63,585 nucleotides of DNA, filler included, from Bigelowiella natans CCMP2755 (GCA_000320545.1; 6 parts of 6 records of this genome joined end to end with filler, not necessarily neighbours in it), one strand, 5' to 3'; counted from the whole stretch's first letter, positions 38,828 through 53,130 are shown. The notes: a model not told the origin generated them from the sequence alone. A program made the numbers and translations.

Positions 38828-40020
38828 ATCCCTAATCCTCACCCCTTCTCCCTTGCAATATTTGCTTGGATATGCACATGGGTGATTTGAAATCATTTGG
38901 GGTTTTTGTCCTTCGTTGCCCCCCCCCCCCCCTCCCCACTTCCAACGAATGACGATAATGGATTACCGTTTCTCTTTCCCTTCCACCTAGATATGGGTGT
39001 GTACGCGGCGTTCTTCGAAAATCCATCCTTGCAACATATCCTGAATTTGCTTATCTTCCTCTTCTATTTTCACAGGTAATGAGGTCAACAATGATAACTT
39101 GAGGCATCCCCGCCAGGCTTCCATTTAGCGATTTGCTGGAACGTGGCAACAGAGGGATTTCGTTTGAGCGATATGCAAAGAATGGCGCCCCTTTTATTGC
39201 ACATAGAGCATTTGACGGAATAATATGTTGCGAGACTGGCACATTATGTAATGTTTATTTAGAATGGAGCGATGAGATACTACCTGTACGTAGCTATACA
39301 TGAAACAAAAGCGCATGCGATGACAAGTCCCGCGGTGCGTATTTTGTGCGCATTTACCCTCTGTTCTAATCTTAACTTAGTTGTTCAGCACGCCATCAAC
39401 GATTGGCATTGTCGTGCTGAACAAATGTCAAAGTAAGTATCTGGAGTGCACATGCATGTGATGCGAGCACTCAATGTGTAACTACGCGTACACATGCAAC
39501 CGTGTTGCATGCGTAGCGTTCGTTGCTTTGCTCGCGCGCGCGCGCCTGGTGATCTACACTGAGTCCACTACGCACGTATCATGCTTCATTGCCATTTGCA
39601 CACGTGCTTGCTTGGTACATGAAGCAACAAATCACAATGGCAACAGCTACATGTGCAACAATGCATGGTTGTTGTACGCGGCCCGGCCAGAACGGCTGGC
39701 GTGGCTATACGATCACTTTTGTATAGCAGCTGTGCGGCTGCCGTCGTACAGTAGTGTCACGTGGACGCATGACAAATTTTGTGACTCGTGATCATCTCAA
39801 TTCTCATCGATCAATCATTAATTAATTGGCCATAGCTTATCCATTGCAAATAAAGGTATTTAACGACACGTTGTATGCACATTCATATGCTAAGGCATAC
39901 GCAGTCGCTTGGCGTCAACACGGCTTGTAGAGCTGCTCATCAGCTTCGCGTTGTAAAAATATGTTGTTTTCATACATTACATAGCTACAATAGACACTTC
40001 GTATTTACTAATATGTATAC

Positions 40021-40088
<68 letters not shown>

Positions 40089-40188
40089 NNNNNNNNNNNN
40101 NNNNNNNNNNNNNNNNNNNNNNNNNNNNNNNNTTAATTAATTAANNNNNNNNNNNNNNNNNNNNNNNNNNNNNNNNNNNNNNNNNNNN
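40089..40188. other. Artificial scaffold linker N44-TTAATTAATTAA-N44
   Basis: Same 100-bp linker, flanked by (TA)n on both sides. Confidence 0.97.
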
Positions 40189-40192
40189 TATA

Positions 40193-40249
<57 letters not shown>

Positions 40250-40252
40250 TAG

Positions 40253-40300
<48 letters not shown>

Positions 40301-40332
40301 GCACATATGACACACACCCGCAATTATCATCG

Positions 40333-40364
<32 letters not shown>

Positions 40365-40412
40365 TATTATCTTCATCGCAATCTTTGTGTTTCCATTCGT
40401 TGATACTGGTAG

Positions 40413-40587
40413 GGGCAAGTCTGGACGAGTTCTGGAGCTACGGAATAGTGTGCACAGGGTGGAGGCACGCGAAAGAGCTGCTGAGCAGAGTATTCAAACA
40501 TGAACGCATACACTAATTGGCGACGATGTGTACATGCACACACACAAATATATTTTCATTTTTTAAAAGAAAACACGGATAGATAAA

Positions 40588-40629
<42 letters not shown>

Positions 40630-41208
40630 CTCAAATTTTCCTTCTCTGATGAATGGTGGTTGGTTGTAGGTTCGAAAGGGCAAGCTGCAACTAGCGGCTG
40701 GCGATGATATGCTGGTGCGTGCGTGTGTTCTCGATGTGGAAGCGTGAAAACTGTATTTACTGCTCGCACTCCTTTAGTTCAGACAATTTGCGCGTCGTGC
40801 ACGCGCACAAGTGTGAGTGAGTGAGTGAGTGAGTGGGTGAGTGAGTGCATCCGCATCATCCTCATCATAAATACTTAGAGGCAGATGGAAGATATCGTCT
40901 TGGGGAACATCAAGGTAGCGATTGTGCTTGTTGCTCGTTTGCAGCTAAGATGAAAGAACAACATCATATCATAATATCACTACACTCATTACAAACTACA
41001 TGCATCCGCGAAATTCGATTGGAAGGCGAATAATCAAACATACCATGGTCGATGCATGACGGTCGTTATTGTCGATTTAAACTCATTTGAAGAAAGGGCC
41101 ACATACTGAGTATTGCTGCAGGTCCACAATCGTCGATTCGGCAGGGCATATGCGGATCTCCTGAAAAATCCTGACGCACGGGTGTATCTTGAAGGCAACA
41201 AACCATGA
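40413..41208 (+). CDS. 3' exons of a hypothetical protein (5' part lost in the gap)
   Basis: A phase-consistent exon chain ...ASLDEFWSYGIVCTGWRHAKELLSR|VRKGKLQLAAGDDML|RQMEDIVLGNIK|VHNRRFGRAYADLLKNPDARVYLEGNKP* with GT-AG introns. Confidence 0.55.
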
Positions 41209-42135
41209 GTCATATGACAGCAGTACGTCGTCGAAAAATGACCGGTGCCTCGCATTGCAACGATGATCGTGAAAAAATTTTAGATTACTTAATTATCTGC
41301 ATTCGAAGTACATAGGCTGCATCACAACATACGATATGCATGATGCATGCCACCGCGCGCGGCATGTAGGCATGTGCACCCACGCCGTGCTAGCGTTTGC
41401 ACCACATGCTAGCTTGCATGTAGCACAATTAGGCTACCTATATGTTACACAAGCGCTGTATGTAACCGCTGCTTTGCATGCTAGCTAGCATGCATGTAAA
41501 GATATATGTTATCACTTCGATCATTACATCCGTCTCAGATGCTATGCTACGCACGTAGGTGCTATACATACATAGCTAGCTAGCAAGCCTACTGCTGCAC
41601 ATCACGCCTACGTACGTACCTGCATGCATGCATACGCATATACGCATGCGATACATGCTGCATGTAGTAGCAGCATGTACACCGTCATCCTCTATATATA
41701 CGTGCATGCCAGCATGTACTAGTATATGTAGTGTGTATAGTATTGTACGTACCAGCCACACAAATTGTTGGATGTCGTACTACTATCGGTGTGTGTGCAG
41801 CTAGCGTAGCTATGCAGCGTTTTGCATGCGTATCGTCATTGTGCCTATGCTGCTTGCACACACACAATCAGCGCGCAGTGATTGCATCGCAGCGTTCGAT
41901 GCGACTCACGACATGCATGCGCATGCCACAATTGCCATGCGAGCTGACAATGCATAGGCCCTCCTACCATGACGCGCGGGGCATGTAGCAAGCACGTTTC
42001 ATGCCATCTAGACATGCAGAGATTGCACATCGGGCATATAGGCACAGTGGGGAGAAGCGTGTCCTGTTACGGACACATTTGTACAGGAAACAGCTAATCC
42101 TCAATTGGAATTGACGACCTGTTACTACAATCTCT

Positions 42136-43266
42136 TCAGCTTTCCTTCTTCTCCTCCTCCTTTGCTTCCTCCTTTGCTGCCTCTCCTTCTCCAGCCTCCT
42201 TTTTGGCTTCTTCCCCCGCCTTCGCCTTAGCTTCCTCCTCTGCCTTCGCCTTGGCTTCTTCCTCTGCCTTCGCCTTGGCTTCTTCCTCTGCCTTCGCCTT
42301 GGCTTCTTCCTCTGCCTTCTTCTTAGCTTCTTCCTCTGCCTTTCGCTTAGCGATCTCTTCCTCCACAACTTTGCGCAACGCCAATGCAGCTTTGGTGTAG
42401 CCTAATAGCTCAGATACAACACAGTTTTGGGCACGAAGTTCCTCTTGCTTGAGCTCAGCAGTCATCGTCTCGATGGCCGCCATTTCCGTTATCGCAGTCT
42501 TCCGGAGATCGAGCTTCTGTGCAAGGTCAGGGCCATTCTGAATCTGACTCTTAATTCCGGCAAAGCTCGGGGTGCCATCCGGAAAGCACACCGTTTTCTG
42601 GGTTACCCCAACCGTGTAGAGGAATGCCTGGACTACTGTAATCAGCTCTGGCTTCATTAGGGCGTACGTTCTAAGCTGAGCTATCTTGCCAGCGATGGGT
42701 TCGAGCTTCTTCTTTGCGAAGGCAAAATCAAAGTCTTCCTGAACGAATGCAAATCCTTCTACAAGATAGTCATCTTCATCAGCCTCATCAGCTGCTTTAG
42801 ATTTCTCCTCCAGAGTAGCCTTGTCATCTCCACCAGCCTCATCAGCTGCTTTAGATTTCTCCTCTAATGTAGCCTTGTCATCTCCACCAGCCTCATCAGC
42901 CGCTTTAGATTTCTCCTCCAAAGTAGCCTTGTCATCTCCACCAGCCTCATCAGCCGCTTTAGCCTCGTCATCTCCACCAGCCTCAACAGCCGCTTTAAGT
43001 TTCTCTTCCATAGTAGCCTTTATCTCCTCCTTTATTTTTTCATCCTCCTTTTCGTCTACCGGGTTATCCTCTAACATTTTCGCCAGTTCAAAGTGCCTGA
43101 GAATTGTGAATTAGGTCATTTTCTAATCAAAAAAGCATAGAGTCGAAGAAAATTCAATAATTTAAGTGTTTTTCTTTTTAGGCTTTGCGTTTGGCATATA
43201 TCTGAAATCACAGAGTTGTTCCCTTCATGTTTAAAATAATACCCATTGTAGTCTCTATATACACAC

Positions 43267-43339
<73 letters not shown>

Positions 43340-44627
43340 ATACCTTTCAAGCTCCTTTATAAACGTTCCTTTATCACAGCGCTCGAGGACTGACGCAGAC
43401 TTCTTGATTTGTTCCACTACATAGCTCTTTGCGCTCTTATCAACATGCTTCATTGATCCTAGTGTATCCAGACAAAGGGCATAGTCGTGTACCGCTGGCT
43501 CTATTTTCGTGAAAACCTCAACCTTCCAGTCAGGGATCTTTTCGTACTCTTCCTTATCGATCGCCTCTTTTTGTTCCGTAAGCTCTTTTTTCTTGGCTTC
43601 TCGCTCCTCTGCTGCTTTCTTTTCCTCTTCCTTTTTTCCCTCCTCTTCTTTTTTCCCCTCCTCTTCCTTTTTCCCCTCCTCAACGGAAGCCTCAGCGGCC
43701 TTTTGTTCTGCCTCCTCAATGGCTTTTAGCTCTTCCAAAATCTTTGCTACTTTTTCTTCATTCTCCTTTTGCTTGGCTTCAACCTCTGCTTTCTTTTCCT
43801 CGGCAGCTTTCTTGACCTCTTCGATCGCAGGTAGGGCAGCGTCAAAGTTGGCGAGGCTCGTGTATGCCTTACAAGAGATATGCGCGCAAAAGTAGGAGCC
43901 AGTTTTGGGGGTGGTAAAGAAGACTGTCTTCCTGGCCGCCGGACCAATCAGAACGTTTTCTATTGAGAGCGTATTTGGATCCTTTGGTGGATTCTCTTTC
44001 CCCTCCTCTGGCTCAGCTTCCTCCTCCTCTCCTTCCTTCTTTTCGAATATAGTGAAAGTCGATCCCTCGTCCTTTTTGAGCAGCTTTGTGAGCATGAACT
44101 TTTGGCCCGAAGTTGCGGCAATGTACTTCAGCACCTCCTCCTTTTCCTCTCCTTTAGGACGCTCTACCTTCTCACCGAGGTATACGTTAGGTATCACCAG
44201 ATTTTCGCTCAGGTGTTGGCAAAGCCGATCAAAGTATAGTTGTGTGTGATTCACTTCCTCAAGGAATGCATTGAAAGCCTTCAGTTTCTCCTGGACGGCC
44301 TTCTTCGATTTGGTCATTGCCATCTGCACTTTCGCTGCACTTATTGCTTGCATGTTAATCATTTTCATACTCTTTTCTGCCATAGCGATTTCCTTAGCTT
44401 TGGCTTTCCCCTCACGCTTCAGCTTTACGTAGTTCAACAGCCACTTGCCGAGATAGTCAACGGAATCGGGTGGCGCTTGTAGAACGGTTTCGGTGAGACC
44501 TAAACGAACGAAGTGCAACAATTAGAACATCTACATATCCTTTCAAACTTTCAGATATTTGTAGTGGAGTGACATTACCCTCAGAGAGAGCCTCGCCAAC
44601 ATTCTTTTTCAAGTACTCCACGTCCAT
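42136..44627 (-). CDS. Dpy-30-motif axonemal protein, radial spoke protein 2-like (3 exons, E/K/A-rich coiled coils)
   Basis: The N-terminus MDVEYLKKNVGEALSEG|LTETVLQAPPDSVDYLGKWLLNYV is a Dpy-30 dimerisation motif. It is followed by a coiled coil, a GAF-like segment (NVYLGE...LKYIAAT...EGSTF) and acidic repeats. The RSP2 assignment is inference from architecture. Confidence 0.7.
42780..42995 (-). repeat. Coding 54-bp tandem repeat (ADEAGGDDKATLEEKSKA) x3 plus partial copies
   Basis: Direct repeats are visible in both DNA and translation. A second, 24-bp repeat (AEEEAKAK) lies at ~42210-42340. Confidence 0.9.
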
Positions 44628-45410
44628 GACCTAACAGAGAAAACGTGAGCGTTCGTTTTCCAGCTGTGTGTTGTGAAAACGAACGAAGGCTGTCGCCTCG
44701 CTAACTGTTAATCTTGTACGTCTTTGTGAAAATGAGTTTGACGAAATTCGAACGGAAAGCACGCCTGTGTGGAGCAAGGGGGGAGATAGGTCGTTACAGG
44801 AGGCGTTTCAGACCTTTGTACGAGCTATTCAGCCATACGGGAGAGGCAAGTAGTAAAACGAAAGAAGAAAGAACCTCTATTTATTATTACGTCTCAATAT
44901 ATAAGTTGTCGTATCAATGTAACACAGAACAACAGCCATAAAGTGGTTTCCTAACCTCAATCCCGAGATTTTAGTATAAGATATTCGATAAAATATAAGT
45001 CGGCAACGATAGAAACCATAATTTGTAATTGACGTATTATAAAAAAGGGTCCTAATTTTATCATCTTTTACATGATGTCGTTATGAAAAAGGCGCATAGA
45101 TTTCAGGACAAAATTACAATATTGAATGTAGGAGTAGTTCGTCGTAGTAAAAAGGGGAGCATTTGTCGCAAGTTCAGTATGCTGTGTATTTTATCCAACT
45201 GTAAATTCAAGATAAGCAAAGCGTGAATATGATCCGGGATCCCTCATCAATTACATCACTTGTACAAATATGAGCATGATTCAAAATGACGACATCATTT
45301 AATTGAAATCAATTATCAAACTTCTTGGTATTTTGCGAACTGATCAAATCTTAAATCTGCCGCATCCCTCGACTGCCCCCCTCCTTGCTCCTTGCCCCTC
45401 TCACAGAGAG

Positions 45411-46464
45411 ATGGAGAGGCTTCGACCCTACCGTAACCGGGGCCGAATAGGGATCGGATTATCGGTTGGGTTCCGGGTACTCGTAGTGATGGCTGTCGTA
45501 AGCCTTCTCTGCGCTAGCCAAAGTGGGAGTTTTAACACATGATCATTCACTACCGGCAGACACGCGCGCATTTGCATGAGGACGCGTTTGTTGCAAATAG
45601 GTACTCATGGTGGAAAGCTAGGAGTAAAGCCATGGTGGCGGCGTTTCCCCTGGGACTGGCAAGACCCGCACCTGGAACCTGCATGGAAGCGAGGCCTGCT
45701 CCTACCGCAGGTGCTAGCCGAAAATACTCTCAGAATATAGCCTGAAAACGAAACTCTTTCTGTTATGATAGTTTGGCAACCCTGGCATGGATTCATATCC
45801 CTTCTGGTCTTTGACGCTTCGGATTCTCTCCCTGCCAGTCAACGCAGTATTTTACCCTACACGCACCGTCCTCGACATTCCCAAAGCGATCTACAAGCGC
45901 TATGTGCTTCTCAAACCTGGAGCTGTTGTGAGGGTTGGAGACTGGGATCTTGAAAAGGTGTTTTGTATGATATAAGTTCTAATAGAGTTAACTTTGAAAC
46001 ATAGCTGGGTTGCGGTCCCCGTACAACTTCGTCTACATGTGCATTTGTTCTACTTCGCACCCAAGATGAAACCGCACCATTTCGTTCTCCGTCCACTACG
46101 CGCATATTCCTGATTCGCACAATCATGTGTTCTCCTATTTTGTGTACAAGGACCATGGGTATTTTGGAGACCAGAAAGGCAGTCTCATCAAGAAGGTATT
46201 GTGGAGCAAAACGTGTAATAACTTCGGAGTCTGCTGTGATTAAACTACTGTGATAATTGTACAAAGAACGTCCTGCTGGGGAAATACGAGATCCAGCTCA
46301 AAACCGGAAGGATTAAAACATACAACTGCAACGATCTCTTTTATATCAGTAAGCAGTTGACCACTGTAGCTGTTAGCTTAGAGAAACGCTTCAAGCAATA
46401 CATATCTGTCGGCCCTCCTAAAACAATATATATCCATCGTTCCTCTGAATACTGGGCTAAACCG

Positions 46465-46504
<40 letters not shown>

Positions 46505-47264
46505 TATTTACGTGTACGCAGAAAAAGACCAGTATGATAAGGAATTTGACAGCATTGGGCACTTCAAAAACTGTTCCGTCCTGTACTCCTACAAGAACGA
46601 TGTGCGTGTTTGTTTCTACACCAATACGTCTAAAACCGGATCTTTCACACCCCTTAACATCATCCTCTTTGACCCCCCCTCCCCCCACTCTCCCTCTTGA
46701 AGACAAAGTACTACGATTTCGATGCGACGATCAGCGACGATGATGGGGAGGAATTCCATCAAGCTGTGAACCTTAGGTTGTAAAAAAGAGTTAAAAATAA
46801 TAAAGACAGGATGCCGATATGAGAAGAGCCTCAATCGAGAGCAACTAATGTCAAAAATATCCCATATAATCGATTTATCCCATATCATCGATTTTCATGA
46901 CTGTCGCACGGATATATGACAGACCTACGCTGCTGTTCGGAAACCGCACCTACTTCATGCCGGGTGGGTGTTGTTTACTGGAGTGTTTGTGGCGGTTGAC
47001 AAGATAGTGTGTACTTGCTGCGTCCTTGCTATGTTTGTGCTGTGCTGCCGCAGACGTTGTTTTCCGTTCGTCCGCTCGCTTTTACACTTCAAACTAGTAC
47101 ATGTGTGAGATGTAACCACCATTGTAACTACCAGGCGACCGTGTGCGAATAACTAAGGGCTATCGAGCCGGAGAATATGCGACTATTCTCAAGTGGCTGG
47201 CAAGGAAGCAGAAATGGGGGGTATTCCTCAAGCGATATTTCTCTCTCCCCTCCCCCCCCCCACC

Positions 47265-47360
<96 letters not shown>

Positions 47361-47400
47361 GTGTTGTTATGCCTTGCCTTGCCTTGCTTCTTCTGCTGAC

Positions 47401-47431
<31 letters not shown>

Positions 47432-48472
47432 CGACGACGACAACAACAACGACAACAACGACGACAACGACAACGACAGCAACCTTTACTACTACTATTA
47501 CTACTACTACTACTACTACTATTTCTTCTACACATTCCTGAAAATCGTCGTGAACTTTTCTGGCAGGTGACAGCGATGATAGGCGATGAGATGCTGGCCT
47601 ACAGCGCCTCGCAACTAGAGTTTTTCGACCCATACACCCCCTTAGAGAACCTGATCTCGCAGTCTGACCCTCGCATTCAAGGTAGTAATGGTAGTAGTAG
47701 TATTAGCAGTGTATTAAACAACACGAGTGCTGTTTACCCCCCCCCCCCCTCCCCCGTCGATTGATGATGGCTACGATAAACGATGACCACTCTTCCCTGC
47801 TGCCAGACACCAAGCGTTTGATTGAGACGTTCCGCAAAGACCCCGACGGGTGGATGCGCGGTCTCCAGGGCACGTGCAAACAGCTTGCTGACGACCCCAA
47901 CGAGGCGATAAAGCTGAGAAAGGAGGCGGAGGCACTGAGCGGTTTCGACGTAGAGAGGACATGCCACAACCCGGTCATTTGATATACATTCCCACGGCCT
48001 TTTCTCCCCGCCCCTCCTTCAAATTGTTTAAGAACTGCGATGTAGTAAACCGGATAGTATGCCTCCTACCCCCCCCATTCTCCACAGGAGGTTTATCTAC
48101 ATACGCACGCACACGGTCTTCTTCCACTCTCAGGTTTTGCAGCACCTGATATGTCTCCAAGCCCTCTACTATGGCGATGAAGTGAATGAGGTAGCGTTGG
48201 ATATGGTAGAGTTGGAGGGGGGTGGGGGGCAGAGTGTGTGGCGGGTCTTATCATCCCGCAGACGATTGGATAGAAGCATGCCTGTACCTTAGGCTTCGTT
48301 GTTAGTGGCGCCCACTAGGGGAACAACGCCACGCCGCCGCCGTTAGATTTGAAACTAAGATGAGCGTGGATCCCATTCTGAGTCCAAAGGTTTTTAAGAT
48401 GCTATACAACAACGCAGTCAACTATGGGGGGGGCCGAACGGTGGACCCTAGGGAGTCATCAAGTCTTCCATG
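45411..48472 (+). CDS. Hypothetical protein with N-terminal signal/transit-like leader and KOW/SH3-like motifs; probably truncated by the gap
   Basis: Leader MERLRPYRNRGRIGIGLSVGFRVLVVMAVVSLLCASQ. In-frame exons include LKPGAVVRVGDWDLEK|DHGYFGDQKGSLIK, NVLLGKYEIQLKTG, GDRVRITKGYRAGEYATI (KOW-like) and DTKRLIETFRKDPDGWMRG. Confidence 0.6.
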
Positions 48473-48529
48473 GTATGGATCATAGTTTCCCAATGATGAA
48501 TCGATAAATTTATGGTTGGATTTCTCTCC

Positions 48530-48629
48530 NNNNNNNNNNNNNNNNNNNNNNNNNNNNNNNNNNNNNNNNNNNNTTAATTAATTAANNNNNNNNNNNNNNN
48601 NNNNNNNNNNNNNNNNNNNNNNNNNNNNN
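48530..48629. other. Artificial scaffold linker N44-TTAATTAATTAA-N44
   Basis: Same 100-bp linker. Confidence 0.97.
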
Positions 48630-48715
48630 TTTTGACGTCGTTTCCTGGACATGCAAACGCAAACGCACACGCACACGCAAAAGCCGCGCCGTCAAAACCA
48701 ACGTGCTTTTTTGGT

Positions 48716-48754
<39 letters not shown>

Positions 48755-48842
48755 CTAGAGAAATCACTGAATATCTTGAATATCTCTGATTGAAAATTGA
48801 TTTTTCTGGAGCGCCTCTTTGACTCCCCCCCCCCTCGCCAAC

Positions 48843-48984
48843 CTTGTTGAGTCCCGCACGACCAATCGAGTAGACTTCCGCGGTGAGGCCATCCGAGATG
48901 ATGAGGCTTTTGTTGTCGATTGCAACGTGGGTTATGCGAACCCCGGCTTCCAGTTGAAACACTGCAGAGAGAGAGAGAGAGGTA

Positions 48985-49022
<38 letters not shown>

Positions 49023-49064
49023 CAGAGTGTTTGTCTGTGTGTGTATTGGGATGACTGCGGACAC

Positions 49065-49101
<37 letters not shown>

Positions 49102-49147
49102 GTATCAATATCATAATAATACATGCAGTTTCCCCCATCACCTACCA

Positions 49148-49186
<39 letters not shown>

Positions 49187-50016
49187 ACCCCCACCTTTCT
49201 CCTCGCTCCGGACGATGAGATGCGACTTGGTGAGCTGCACGTAGGATTTCCCCAACACTGACTTGCACAGCAAGCGGTGCTGGTTGAGAATGGCCACGGC
49301 GTGGTGCGTCCCCACCGCCAGCAAACCATGAGAACCAGGCGCCCACGTTAAGTCAAAGATCCCGCTGCTCATCCTGGTGATAAATAAATAAGTAAAAATG
49401 CCGACGAAACAAGAGACAAATTAGAAGAAGAAAAGGAAGAAGAAGGAGAGGAAGAGGAAGAAAGGCAAGCAGTTGCGGAAATTATCTAACGACATCGAAG
49501 AGTTTCACACATCAACAATGGGAATCCCAAGACCGAAGCACATCGGAGCTTGCGGTTGGAGGAGCATCATCCGAAACAAAAAAAGAAAACGTGAAAATCA
49601 TCCTTTTCCATTTTTTAAAGAAAAATGGAAAAAAAAAAAAAAAAAAGGCCAGCAAGCACACGCAGCGTTACTTCTTCGTGGCCATCGGGTGCCAAGAACT
49701 GTCATCATTCTTCGCATCCGGAGATCCGACATATCTCCAAAGATGCACTCTGCCCCTCGCTGTCCCCGCTGTCAGAAGACGCTTTGTAGGGTTGTAGGCG
49801 ATGGTGCGGATTGAGTCAGGCGACGCGTTTTTCTTCTCCGACGGCTCCTCCTCGGGGTGGAGAGTGTAGTTTTCTCCTGCTTCTAGGTCCTGTTAAATGC
49901 GATGGCAGCAGCGGTGTTTGCGTGCGTGAGTGCGAGCTTATTAGATGTAACCCTGTTAGATCATGTTAGCGCCGTTGCAGACAGAAAATTCGCACGGTGA
50001 TATCTCCACATTGTTT

Positions 50017-50061
<45 letters not shown>

Positions 50062-51259
50062 GATAATATGAACCCATAGTCGAATCATCGATTCGGAGTT
50101 TGCAGCCGCAAGAAGGCCAGGACCGGCCATAGAGCACTTCATGTCCGACCCACTTCCTCTCACGGAAAGCTTTACCTGCGGAGGATGGGAGGGGAAAAGA
50201 GAGGAATGGGGGGGGGGTTGGGAAGGGGGGGATTAGGAAAACGAAAGTGCACTCGATGAGAGAAGATATCGCAATATGCAAAATTGCTGCCATAGTGAAG
50301 GCAGCGATATACAGACGACCTTTTTCGTCTCCGCCATCCTCATCTGTGGTGAGAGGGTGATGGTGTACTTGAGTAGCACAACGTTCTTGGTGACGATGAC
50401 AAGGTAGTTGCCGGCGATCTCGTGATGCATGAAGGCCACGCCGCCATCGACGGTGAGGACGTGACTGCAATGGCCTTGGTCATCCGCGATGAAGAGCTCT
50501 CCTGACTCGCTTCCGAGGAAGAATGGGGGGCAGCTGCGCCCCCCGACCCCAACGCTGAACACGCAATGCGAAAGAGCGACACGCTTCGAGTGCTTGCACA
50601 TCAGCATTAGCGACCCGTCGGGCTTCGGCGCCCAAACAGCGATAGTGCCGCCAAGATCCGCGCTCACAAGGCGAGATCCCACAGGGCTCCACACTGCAAT
50701 GGTCACCCGCTTCTTGTGCGTGGATTGGTGCACGCGCAGCACGCCTGCACGTGGCGTCCATACAACGAGCGCGCCGTCTTCGTATCCTATAGCGAGGAGT
50801 GGAAGCTGAGGGTGCCATGCCAAGCAAGAGCAAGGCACCTTACGGTCGTAAGGCTCTATGATCTGCTCGCCCTGTTTGGGGGGGGGGAGGGGGAGGGGGG
50901 AGCGGTTGTTATTTACTTTGTTGTCGAATAGTACAGAGGAATTTTGAAATGGCGTTTTCGAGCATTTGTGCTCGGGTGGATCTTTCTGGCTTGTTTTGAT
51001 TAGCAGCACAAGAGGTCGGGGCAGAGCCAATATGAGTATCGTCGCGAAAATGATGGCACAGATTAACCACCCCCCCCCTCCCCCTTCAAGCTCCCCTTAA
51101 TTCTAGCTGTAGTATCACCTCCTCATTGGAGAATCTTACAGTGCCGTTTGAATAAGCTACTGCAAGCACCGGGGACTCCCCACTGCTCCATTGTGACTGA
51201 AACACGTAGTGCTGTTTGGCACTCTTCGCCTCGACAGGGTATTCGAAGAAGAGAGACAT
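48843..51259 (-). CDS. IFT140: Intraflagellar transport protein 140 (N-terminal WD40 part; truncated by the gap)
   Basis: MSLFFEYPV...VLAVAYSNG, GE...CSCLAWHPQLPLLAIGYEDG, HKKRVTIAVWSPVGSRLVSADLGG, FFLGSESG...ADDQGHC, WVGHEVLYG and LTWAPGSHGLLAVG follow the IFT140 N-terminus. Confidence 0.85.
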
Positions 51260-51402
51260 GCTGCTAATTGGCGTTTACTTTATTCCTGCGCGTTTGTTTG
51301 GCCAGAACGTGGATGTGAGGCGGTTTGGTGAGAGGACTCAGTTAATGATCAATTTCATGCTGAAAAGCAGTTTCCACCCTATTTCTACAAAATTTCTCTC
51401 CC

Positions 51403-51451
<49 letters not shown>

Positions 51452-52469
51452 CATATTTCCTTTATAATAAACTTACTCTTGCCAGTTTATCCGCTTTACT
51501 GGTCTATTCTTCCACTTCTCTCCAACGTGATTTGGCCACACCACCTCAACTGACAGCTGTACCCAGCGAGTGCCTTGTAAAGCGTAAGCGTCGTTCTGTC
51601 ACAGAAACTAGGAAACATAAATAAATAGATATAATGAGGATTGAGATGGTAACAGATCAGAGAACACACTACTTTACTTACACTTCTGCCCCTCTCTCTG
51701 ATAAGCTTCTAAGCGCACCTGGCCGTTTGCTCTAACGCTTTGAGCACAGGATTCTCTCTGTTGGCGATGGAATTTATATAAATGCCCATTCATTTTGTAC
51801 CTACGACTTCTACAAATGTCGTTAAAATCTCAAAAGTCTCATTTCCTGACTTCTTGAAACGGTCTTGAAACGATTGATCCTTTGAACTTTGCCAAATTTC
51901 ATTTACAATTTGAGTTGAGACTCAGAAAACATGTTGTCGCAACTGGTTTGTACAACACATTCATTGTCGTATGGTTTTCTAAGGTAAAAGTTCCAATTGA
52001 AAATCTTGTCAGCAGTCAGCAGTCAGCAGGTCAAAACTGCCACAAGCTGCACCATAATTCAAAAGCGTACAACTGAACATAGGATTTATGATGTACGACT
52101 AAAAATAATGATGTCTTCCCATTCAAAACCCGAATGTCCCTCTTTCGAATCCACTGGAAATATCACATGATTTATTAAAAAACGACAGAGAAAAATTTAT
52201 GTCGCATACAAAAATCGTCTTTTGTTTAAAAAACTTGAACTGTGACGATTAGTATCTAGGAGAAAAGCTCGCCTTGGAGCCCCTCCCCCACCTCATTACT
52301 TGCTTTGCCCGACCTTGGTAAACGGAGAGTACTTTGAAAATCGGTTTGGGCGAGGAAGGGAATGTGTTTTTTATATGATTGTGACAACGCGTCGTGTTGC
52401 TTCAGCCGATGATTTAGCGATTGCACCTAGCGTTGAATTGTGCACCTTTTTGGAAGGAGACGAAGAACT

Positions 52470-53130
52470 ATGAGTGAGCTGCCGCGGGTGAAGAACCTTA
52501 AAGAACGCCTGGAAGCGCTGAGGAGAAGCTCTGCTGAATGTAAGCACCACTACCGCACCGGTGCAGTTGCATCGTCATGTTAGAAGCGAACTTTGACGTG
52601 CAATATCAATGCTTCCCGTTTAGCCTTTCATCGCCGAGAGGCCGTCGGTTGAGCAAATGGGCGTTTCTCTCTAATCACGGACGGTTTGTCGACTTTAATT
52701 TTATGTTATTCAGCGTCGAGAAGTGCGGAGGCAGCCTCCTTCTCCATCTCCAGAACACTTCCAGCTGGGCGTTCACTGCCTACTTCTAAGCCCCCCAGAG
52801 GCTATCGAAATCTGGTTAAATGACGCATAACGCACGCACGCTATAACAACATGCATACACACGCGCATGAAGAGAAAGGGCGAAGGGAGGGAAGTATTTC
52901 ACGGATCCGATAAAGGGGGTCAGCATATCGTGAATCTTATCATCTTGTCGATGCCATCTCCTCGTCGTTGCAGGGCAAATTATCCTCAACCTACGAGTCA
53001 AAGTCGCGTCATGTTAGAAGCGACTCCAGTCCGCCCCCGCCCCCCATGGTAGCCGAGGTTGAAAATGGCAGACCATCAAGGCCTTTCGATGGCAGCCCCC
53101 CCCCCCCCCCCCCACCCACGAGGGGTAGAG
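52470..53130 (+). CDS. 5' exons of a Pro/Ser-rich hypothetical protein, truncated by the gap
   Basis: MSELPRVKNLKERLEALRRSSAE|SSRSAEAASFSISRTLPAGRSLPTSKPPRGYRNL|GKLSSTYESKSRHVRSDSSPPPPP... joined by phase-consistent GT-AG introns. Confidence 0.5.
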
